Positions 56,850-64,000 of a stretch of 64,000 bases of DNA are shown here, in pieces. A program made the position numbers and the translations under genes. The stretch is from positions 173,088 to 237,087 of the forward strand of contig JAUSJT010000004.1 of NCBI GenBank assembly GCA_030647485.1, written 5' to 3'. Position 1 is the first letter of the stretch. Each line of letters begins with the position of its first letter. Source of the stretch: a bacterium (GTDB lineage Bacteria; Patescibacteriota; Minisyncoccia; Minisyncoccales; UBA10102). The notes beneath the pieces were generated by a model that made no database searches, was not told the origin of the DNA, and saw only the letters and a list, made by a program, of their open reading frames with translations.

Positions 56850-57491
56850 ATGTCATACGAAAGATGCGAACACGGAATGTGGCCATCCGAATGTGCTCTC
56901 TGCCCTCTTAACAAGCAGGAAGAGAACAGACTCGAGACAGAGACTACTTTTGTAACTCCTCGAACTCGTCGAGTAGCAGGGGAAGAAAACGGGGAAGAGA
57001 GTGAGAAAGCAAGAAGAACAGCGGAGAAAGATACGGCAAGAGACGCCATAGTAAGATCTCATACCACAGGAAGAAGAAATAGTAATCAGAAAAGAACGCT
57101 CAGGACTCCTACGAATGGGAGAACACGAAACAAAATCTCTCCTTTACCCCTCCCGGTTAAAAGGATTTGCAGTGCCTGCGGACTGCCCAAAACTGATCTT
57201 CATAGAAACCGTAGGACCGGCGAGGTAATCTGTTACAATTGCTACCGCAAAGATATTTCCATGCACGAGGAATGTTCCAGGTGTGGTAATATCAGACAGG
57301 TGGCAATGCGCAACGCGTCTGGCGGAGCAATTTGCAACAACTGCTACCGCAAGGATCCTTCCACGCACAAGGAATGTTCCAGGTGTGGCAATATTAGACA
57401 GGTGATAGCACGCAACGAGTCTGGCGGAGCCATTTGTAAAGATTGCTATCGACACCAACGTCTCGCCAAAATGGTCGCCCATCCCGCCTAG
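56850..57491 (+). CDS. Orphan tandem zinc-ribbon protein
   Basis: Multiple CxxC pairs; 102 bp tandem repeat at 57240-57443. Confidence 0.75.
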   Translation: MSYERCEHGMWPSECALCPLNKQEENRLETETTFVTPRTRRVAGEENGEESEKARRTAEKDTARDAIVRSHTTGRRNSNQKRTLRTPTNGRTRNKISPLPLPVKRICSACGLPKTDLHRNRRTGEVICYNCYRKDISMHEECSRCGNIRQVAMRNASGGAICNNCYRKDPSTHKECSRCGNIRQVIARNESGGAICKDCYRHQRLAKMVAHPA

Positions 57492-57529
57492 GATCTCATT
57501 GAGTTCCAGGCGGGCTTTTCTTTAGAAGA

Positions 57530-58936
57530 TTATATCTTTTTAAGTTTTGGGCCCTTGTCGGTATCTTCCACCTGCCAACCTTTCTCTGAAATAAGCTCCC
57601 TGACTTCATCTGCTTTTTCCCATTCTTTGTCTGTACGGTATTGCTCCCGCTTTTTAAGCAACGCAGTAAGTTCTTGAGGAATCTTTGCTGTTTTCTCTTG
57701 CCAGAAGATGAAAGAGAAGATTTCGTCAATCTCTTTGAGAAGTGCAAGAATATCTCTCGCGTCATCTTTATTGAGTGCAAGTTTGGAAAGAAGGACGTTG
57801 CCTTTTCTCACAAGTTCAAATAATGCCGCAACAGCCTTGGGCGTATTCACGTCGTCATCCATTGCATTAAAGAATGCCTTCTTTGTCTCCTGAATAAGTT
57901 TTGTATTCTTGCTTGTTGCGGGCGCGCTCTTCAGTGTTTTTATCTTTTCTACAAACTCATCAATCCTCTCCAATTCTTGTTCCGCTTGCGCAAGATTCTC
58001 TTCTGAATAATCAATGGGGGAGCGGTAATGCGTCTTTAATACAAAAAAGCGCAAAAGACGGGAAGAATGCTTCAAGAGAAAATCCCTAATCGTGATGAAG
58101 TTTCCTAGAGACTTTGACATCTTCTCCCCCTGAATAGTAAGGAATCCTGTGTGCATCCAATAGCGCACCAATGGTTTCTTTCCTGAAATTCCCTCCATTT
58201 GCGCTATCTCTGCCTCGTGATGAGGGAAGATAAGATCTCTGGCGCCTCCATGAATGTCATACTGCGCTCCAAAGTGCTTCTCCGCAATGGCGGTGTCCTC
58301 AATGTGCCAGCCTGGTCTGCCCCACCCCCATGGGCTTTTCCACTTGGGCTCGCCTCTCTTTGAAAACTTCCAAAGAGCAAAGTCTCCCCTGTGCCGCTTT
58401 CTGACCGAGTCATCAATGCGGGAGACAGAATCTTCTGCCTGTTGCGTGGTGCGGCCAGACAGCTTTCCGTATTCCTTGAATGAAGAAATGTCATAGTAAA
58501 TCCCGTCATCGGGGATAACATACGCATGCTCTTTCTCAAGCAATCTGTGTACCTGGCTGACGATTTCTGGGATATAGTCTGTTGCTCTGGCGTATTTACT
58601 CACAGAAAGAACCTTAAGCTCCTCCATATCCTTTATGTATTCCTGCTCAAACCTTTTTGCCAAGGATTTTGGAGAAATCTGGGTTTCCGCGGCCCGCTTG
58701 ATTATCTTGTCATCAATATCGGTGATGTTCTGAAGGTAAAACACATCAAACTTCTTTGCCTTGAGGTACCGCGCAATCACGTCAAAGGCAATGTACGTTC
58801 TCGCGTGTCCAATGTGGGAAAAATCGTACACCGTAGGCCCGCACACGAATAAGTTTATCTTATTCGCCCTGAGCGAGTGCGAAGGGCTACCAATAATTTC
58901 TTTTTTTCGAGAACATGTATTGTATAGAGAAGTCAT
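57530..58936 (-). CDS. cysS: Cysteine--tRNA ligase
   Basis: CGPTVY, HIGH, GRPGWHIE, KMSKS. Confidence 0.97.
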   Translation of the reverse strand: MTSLYNTCSRKKEIIGSPSHSLRANKINLFVCGPTVYDFSHIGHARTYIAFDVIARYLKAKKFDVFYLQNITDIDDKIIKRAAETQISPKSLAKRFEQEYIKDMEELKVLSVSKYARATDYIPEIVSQVHRLLEKEHAYVIPDDGIYYDISSFKEYGKLSGRTTQQAEDSVSRIDDSVRKRHRGDFALWKFSKRGEPKWKSPWGWGRPGWHIEDTAIAEKHFGAQYDIHGGARDLIFPHHEAEIAQMEGISGKKPLVRYWMHTGFLTIQGEKMSKSLGNFITIRDFLLKHSSRLLRFFVLKTHYRSPIDYSEENLAQAEQELERIDEFVEKIKTLKSAPATSKNTKLIQETKKAFFNAMDDDVNTPKAVAALFELVRKGNVLLSKLALNKDDARDILALLKEIDEIFSFIFWQEKTAKIPQELTALLKKREQYRTDKEWEKADEVRELISEKGWQVEDTDKGPKLKKI

Positions 58937-59045
58937 AATCATATTCTATCACAATTTCCTTCTCGCAAAAAAGCTCTCACGTAATGGTTGCGTTTTCATC
59001 GCATTATGGTATAAAAATAGGTAGCATAAACCTTGGAGGGAATAG

Positions 59046-59405
59046 ATGGAGAATAGCCCAACCGAGGCCGAGGCTAGAATACTGGAAGAGTTCGGAAAAA
59101 ATCCAGAAGAGTATCATAGCATGCCAAGGTCCGAGTTCCGGAGTTTTTTTCAAGGATTGATAGCCCAGAATACGGCAACGCAAGACAAGAAGCGGAAACA
59201 AGAAAGGGCTGAAAAAGAACTACGGACAAGAGAGGAGGCAATCAAAGAGAGAGGATTGTGTGCTGGCATGATTGTCCATTTGAAACATGGAAAAGACTCA
59301 AAGCATCGTATCAAAGCAATTACCCCTGATTGCTACATCATCCTGGAAGGGCGTGCACGCAGCGTTACTCCTCAGGCAATCTCTCCCATAGAAGCCCTTC
59401 CGTAA
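59046..59405 (+). CDS. Orphan hypothetical protein
   Basis: GGAGG SD; terminator GAAGCCCTT/AAGGGCTTC followed by T6. Confidence 0.65.
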   Translation: MENSPTEAEARILEEFGKNPEEYHSMPRSEFRSFFQGLIAQNTATQDKKRKQERAEKELRTREEAIKERGLCAGMIVHLKHGKDSKHRIKAITPDCYIILEGRARSVTPQAISPIEALP

Positions 59406-59482
59406 AGGGCTTCTTTTTTGGAAAAACTCGCTCTTTCATGCTACTATGCACATGAAACTTACATGGCTAATCTTGTACTATA

Positions 59483-59612
59483 TAGAAAATATCAACCAGT
59501 CGCTTCGCTCCCAAGACACCTTCGGTTTCTTGCGCTCACTGCGTTCGCTGTTTTTCCACCACGGGAGGATACCCAATCCTCCCGACCCCTCCTGTGCGGT
59601 CTATATTTTCTA
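59483..59612 (-). repeat. Structured repeat family F, copy 6 (circularly permuted)
   Basis: Same modules as other copies but GGGGTCGGG precedes CCCGTGGTGGAAAAA; new outer stem TAGAAAATAT/ATATTTTCTA. Confidence 0.8.
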
Positions 59613-59619
59613 AACTCAT

Positions 59620-60729
59620 ATGCCTAATCTTGTACTATACAGAAAATATAGACCTAAAACCTTTGGGGAAATCACGGGCCAAGAGCATGTGGTGAGAACC
59701 TTAAAGAACGCTGTGTTGCACGGCATGATCTCCCACGCCTATTTGTTTTCCGGCCCTAGGGGATGCGGAAAAACAACCATGGCACGGCTTCTTGCTAAAG
59801 CAGTAAACTGTGAAAAGCCAAAGCAAGGAGAACCCTGCAACGAATGCTCTGCGTGCAAAGAGATAAACCTGGGCAGCGCCATGGACTTAATAGAAATAGA
59901 CGCCGCCTCCAATAGGGGAATTGACGAAATCCGAGACCTTAAAGAAGGAGTGAGATTTTCTCCTACAAAACTCAAGTACAAGGTGTTTGTCATTGACGAA
60001 GCGCATCAGCTCACAAAGGAAGCTGCAAACGCGCTCTTAAAAACTTTGGAAGAACCCCCTTCCCACGCAATCTTCATCTTAGCTACCACAGAGATACAGC
60101 GCATGATCCCAACCCTAGCTTCTCGCTGCCAGAGGTTTGACTTTCGCAAGTTGAGAGTTCCAGAAATGGTTATGCGGCTTGAAGATATGGCAAAAAAAGA
60201 GGGGATTGAGGTAGAAAAAGACGCGCTTGAGCTTCTAGCCCATCATGCTGGGGGCTCTTTGAGAGACGCAGAAGGGCTTTTAGATAAGGTTTTGACTTTC
60301 CACTTGGGCGCAGGTTCGAAAGAGAAGATACGGACGGAGGTTGTGAGAGAATTGCTGGGGATAGTGGATGTTCAGATTATAGGATCTTTTGCAGACCTTC
60401 TCTTGGCAAAGAACCCCGGGAAGGCGATAGAGTTTTTGAATAAGAACTTGGAAGATGGCATGGATCCTCAAGAGTTTGCCAAGACCCTGATAGAATACTT
60501 GAGAACCCTTCTTATCTTAAAGATAAACCCGGCACTGGAAGACATGTTTGCGGGACCATTAACAAAAGAACAGCAAGAGAAAATGAAGCTGCAATCCTCC
60601 ACTATAAACGAGGAGTTGCTGTCTCGCACCATCAAAAACTTCATGGATGCGGAGCAGAAAATGAAATATTCCAGTATTATTCAGCTTCCTTTGGAGCTTG
60701 CGATTATTGATTCTTGCGGGGTCGTCTAG
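59620..60729 (+). CDS. dnaX: DNA polymerase III subunit gamma/tau (short)
   Basis: LYRKYRP, GPRGCGKT, EIDAASNRG, SRCQ. Confidence 0.97.
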   Translation: MPNLVLYRKYRPKTFGEITGQEHVVRTLKNAVLHGMISHAYLFSGPRGCGKTTMARLLAKAVNCEKPKQGEPCNECSACKEINLGSAMDLIEIDAASNRGIDEIRDLKEGVRFSPTKLKYKVFVIDEAHQLTKEAANALLKTLEEPPSHAIFILATTEIQRMIPTLASRCQRFDFRKLRVPEMVMRLEDMAKKEGIEVEKDALELLAHHAGGSLRDAEGLLDKVLTFHLGAGSKEKIRTEVVRELLGIVDVQIIGSFADLLLAKNPGKAIEFLNKNLEDGMDPQEFAKTLIEYLRTLLILKINPALEDMFAGPLTKEQQEKMKLQSSTINEELLSRTIKNFMDAEQKMKYSSIIQLPLELAIIDSCGVV

Positions 60730-60789
60730 CGGTAGGACGCCACCCTTTGAAGGTGGATATCCTTGGTTCGAATCCAAGCCCCGCAGCCA
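60715..60789 (+). tRNA. tRNA-Gln(TTG)
   Basis: TGCGGGG/CCCCGCA acceptor; CCACC-CTTTGAA-GGTGG; encoded CCA; overlaps the dnaX stop. Confidence 0.93.
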
Positions 60790-60891
60790 ATTAGGACAAA
60801 ACGAGTTTCCCGCCTCGCTCGGGGCAAGCCCTCGAAATTTATATCCTGTGCACATCCGATTTGTACATTTTTTGACTCAGTCCTAAAAATT

Positions 60892-61917
60892 ATGATCACT
60901 GTTAAAAACGAAGGTATAATTTTAGAAAAAACAAATCTGGAATTTGAAAATAAGGGTGTTTTAAACCCTGCCTGCATCCAGGTGGGTGGCATTACTCATA
61001 TGTTTTATCGGGCAGTCAGCTATAATGATATTTCTTCCATAGGCTACTGCCAGCTGAAAGACAATAAGGTTGTGGGAAGACTGAAAGAGCCGGTTCTTTT
61101 CCCTGAATACGATTATGAGAAAATGGGCGTAGAAGATCCCAGAATCACTCTTTTAGGAAGAACATACTATCTTTTTTACACTGCCTATGACGGTAAAAAC
61201 GCCCTCATTTCCTATGCCACAAGCAAAGATCTCGTCCATTTCACCAAACAAGGACTCGTCTCGCCGAAAATTTCTTACGATGAAGCGGAAGACATTTTTC
61301 GTAATTCAAAGGTCGCAAAAAAATATACTATGTTTGAGATGCTTTACAAAAAGAACAAGGGGAAAGATGTTTCGTTATTTGAAAAAGATGCTTCTCTTTT
61401 CCCCCAAAAATTCAAACATAAATTTGCTCTTCTCCACCGCATTCTGCCCGGAATCCAAATTATCTACTTTAACAATTTTTCCGAACTTACTGAAGACCGC
61501 TGGCGCGATTATCTCAAGAACTTAAGTGATTTTATCGTACTCGATCCTCTTTTTAGATTTGAAAACCGCAATATTGGTGGTGGTTGTCCCCCTATTAAAA
61601 CAAAAGATGGATGGCTTATTATCTATCACGCAGCGGAGAATACTCCTTTTGGAACAATCTATCATGCCTCCGTCGCCCTGCTTGATCTCAAGAACCCCTT
61701 AAAAGTTTTGGGGCGGTTAAAAGAACCCCTGTTTTCTCCGAAGGCTTCTTGGGAAAAAATCGGCAATATAAATAATGTCGTCTTTCCTACGGGAGCGGTA
61801 GTAAGAGATAAAAGGATTTATATTTATTATGGGGCTGCCGATAAGTTAATCGCCGCGAAATCCGTTGATCTTGCAGAACTGTTGGTTGAGGTCAAGAAAG
61901 ATTCCTTAAAACCATGA
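60892..61917 (+). CDS. GH130-like glycosidase/phosphorylase
   Basis: VLNPAC, GVEDPRIT, EKDASLFP, VVFPTG, YYGAAD; start at MITVKNEG. Confidence 0.85.
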   Translation: MITVKNEGIILEKTNLEFENKGVLNPACIQVGGITHMFYRAVSYNDISSIGYCQLKDNKVVGRLKEPVLFPEYDYEKMGVEDPRITLLGRTYYLFYTAYDGKNALISYATSKDLVHFTKQGLVSPKISYDEAEDIFRNSKVAKKYTMFEMLYKKNKGKDVSLFEKDASLFPQKFKHKFALLHRILPGIQIIYFNNFSELTEDRWRDYLKNLSDFIVLDPLFRFENRNIGGGCPPIKTKDGWLIIYHAAENTPFGTIYHASVALLDLKNPLKVLGRLKEPLFSPKASWEKIGNINNVVFPTGAVVRDKRIYIYYGAADKLIAAKSVDLAELLVEVKKDSLKP

Positions 61918-64000
61918 ACACCGACCAACAAAGCAAATCTTGGGTTGTTTGTCTCTCCACCTTTCCGCCACGACAGTGCGGTATAGCTACCTTTACAGCC
62001 GACCTTAGCGATGTCATCGATCAAATGTTTGGACCGTCGGTTAAGTCAAAAATTGTCGCGATGAATCTCACTGAAGTAAGCCATTTCCCTTATTCCAATA
62101 AAGTAATTCTCCAGATAAGCCAGCCTCGCGAAGAGGATTATATTAACGTTGCCAACAAGCTCAACCAACTCAAAGAGGTAAAGCTCGTTAACATTCAACA
62201 TGAATTCGGTATCTTCGGAGGAGAATATGGCTCGTATCTGCTTCTTCTTTTGGAAAAACTTCAGAAACCGATTGTTACTACTTTCCATACCGTTCTTCCC
62301 AATCCGGACGAAAGAAGGCGCGACATTGTTCAAACTATAATGAAATATTCTAAGGGAATAATCGTTATGACCAACTCTTCAAAAGAAATTCTCGAGAAGG
62401 ATTACGGATTAGATCCCGATCGAATCCAAGTTATTCCTCACGGAATCCATCACGTATCCTATAGGACCAGCAAGCAAGCCAAATCTGCCCTCGGCTTTTC
62501 TGATAAAATAATCCTCTCAACCTTCGGATTTCTTAGTCGTGGCAAAGGGATTGAGTATATAATCGAGGCATTGCCAGCAGTGGTAGGAAAATTCCCCAAT
62601 ACCCGCCTTCTTGTCGCCGGTTCCACCCACCCTGTTGTTTTAGAGCAGGAAGGTGAAACCTACCGTAATTTTCTTACTCAAAAAGTGCGCCAGCTTGATT
62701 TAAGCAACTACGTTTATTTTTATAATACCTTTTTGAATATGAATAAACTTCTTCAATTTTTAGAGGCTACGGATATATATCTTTCCACTTCTTTAAACCC
62801 GGATCAAGCCGTCTCAGGCACTTTATCTTACGCCCTTGGTAGCGGCCGTCCGATTATATCCACAGCCTTTGCTCAAGCCAAAGAAGACGTCACTAATGAG
62901 GTTGGTATATTGGTTGATTTCAGAAACCCGCAGGCTTTTACCGAAGCAATCATTAAATTAATAAGTAATAACGAATTATGCTTACAGATGGGTAAAAATG
63001 CTTATTTTCGCACCAGGCATATGACCTGGGAAAATGTCGCCAATTCCTATATGAAATATTTCTCGCAATTTACGCCGGAGTTAATCTCGGAGCAGAAAAA
63101 ACTTCCGCCCGTAAAACTTGAGCACCTTGCCAAACTAACTGATAATTTTGGTATTATCCAGTTTGCCAAACTTACTGAGCCAGACATCTCTTCCGGATAT
63201 ACTTTGGATGATAATGCCCGGGCCTTAATTGCGGCAACGATTCATTATAAAAAATTCAGAACTAATTCTGTGCTAAAACTTGCCTCCATATATCTCAATT
63301 TTGTCTGCCGGGTGGCCAAACCCGATGGTTATTTTTACGATTACGTCAATTCGAATCGAGACGTCGACAAACAAAGAAATATTCAGGAAAATTCAGAAGA
63401 TCCAAGTGCTAGGGGACTATATGCTCTTGCCTTAGTTTCAACCACAGGGCAAATCCCAAAACGCATGAGGCATCAAGCCCACTCTCTTTTTGAGCAAAGT
63501 TTCCAGAAAAATATTGCTTTTTCCTCGCCTCGCGCCATAGCTTTTTACATCAATGCTCTCTACTGTTTGCTTTCGAAATGGAAAGAACCCCGGACTCTCG
63601 CCGTATTAAGATCGTGCTGCGAACATCTCGTAGACCTGTACGAGAAAAGCCACTCGCCCGACTGGGAATGGTTTGAGCATTATTTAACGTATTCAAATGC
63701 TATCCTGCCGGAAGCGCTTCTCCTTGGATATAAAATAACCGGAGAGAAAAGATATCTTGAAGTATCTAAGAAAACCCTCGGTTTTTTAATTGAGCAAACC
63801 TTTAAGGATAATATGTACATTTCCATTGGCCAAAGCGGTTGGTTTCTCAAGGGAGAGGAAAGACAATATTTTGACCAACAGCCCGAAGATGTCGCTGCCA
63901 CCGTAGGGTTTCTTAATACGATGTTTCAAGTGACGAAAGTTGATCGTTACAGGGAATTAGCAAACATCGCATTTAACTGGTTTCTGGGAGATAATGTTCT
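61914..64000 (+). CDS. GT4 glycosyltransferase with an additional C-terminal domain (3' partial, not in ORF track)
   Basis: Manual translation: STFPPRQCGIATF, IQHEFGIFGG, IPHG, GKGIE, SGTLSYALG, GYTLDDNARAL. Confidence 0.88.
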   Translation, partial: MNTDQQSKSWVVCLSTFPPRQCGIATFTADLSDVIDQMFGPSVKSKIVAMNLTEVSHFPYSNKVILQISQPREEDYINVANKLNQLKEVKLVNIQHEFGIFGGEYGSYLLLLLEKLQKPIVTTFHTVLPNPDERRRDIVQTIMKYSKGIIVMTNSSKEILEKDYGLDPDRIQVIPHGIHHVSYRTSKQAKSALGFSDKIILSTFGFLSRGKGIEYIIEALPAVVGKFPNTRLLVAGSTHPVVLEQEGETYRNFLTQKVRQLDLSNYVYFYNTFLNMNKLLQFLEATDIYLSTSLNPDQAVSGTLSYALGSGRPIISTAFAQAKEDVTNEVGILVDFRNPQAFTEAIIKLISNNELCLQMGKNAYFRTRHMTWENVANSYMKYFSQFTPELISEQKKLPPVKLEHLAKLTDNFGIIQFAKLTEPDISSGYTLDDNARALIAATIHYKKFRTNSVLKLASIYLNFVCRVAKPDGYFYDYVNSNRDVDKQRNIQENSEDPSARGLYALALVSTTGQIPKRMRHQAHSLFEQSFQKNIAFSSPRAIAFYINALYCLLSKWKEPRTLAVLRSCCEHLVDLYEKSHSPDWEWFEHYLTYSNAILPEALLLGYKITGEKRYLEVSKKTLGFLIEQTFKDNMYISIGQSGWFLKGEERQYFDQQPEDVAATVGFLNTMFQVTKVDRYRELANIAFNWFLGDNV

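Noticed and set aside
1..64000. Alternative genetic code, prophage, CRISPR-Cas, retron or DGR
   Set aside because: Conserved genes end normally at TGA, TAG and TAA; no structural phage, cas or reverse transcriptase genes are visible.

Overview
A 64 kb chromosomal segment of a reduced-genome bacterium. Gene content and style (short ProRS and ThrS, membrane-anchored Clp-like ATPase, rplK without rplA, mostly SD-less genes) suggest Patescibacteria/CPR, Parcubacteria-like; this is an inference. Most of the window is housekeeping: translation, aminoacyl-tRNA synthetases, gyrB, dnaE, dnaB, dnaX, the start of the dcw cluster, a dTTP-synthesis module and 9 tRNAs. The unexplained signal is mostly non-coding: (1) a 2.4 kb hairpin-dense insert between rpsP and khpA, with a consensus promoter driving a candidate large structured RNA plus small orphan ORFs; (2) a six-copy structured repeat, one copy of which is circularly permuted; (3) several short palindrome families sitting in-frame inside conserved proteins; (4) duplicated and recoded gene ends at ftsI and dnaX; (5) hairpin elements that begin at tRNA discriminator bases; (6) a stand-alone small RNA candidate after gatB. 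A RAYT-like transposase and a GIY-YIG nuclease are candidate mobilisers. Also notable: a monomeric mitochondrial-type PheRS, an atypical initiator tRNA, a CarS-like enzyme and apparently widespread leaderless transcription. All calls and folds were made by eye; no searches were run.
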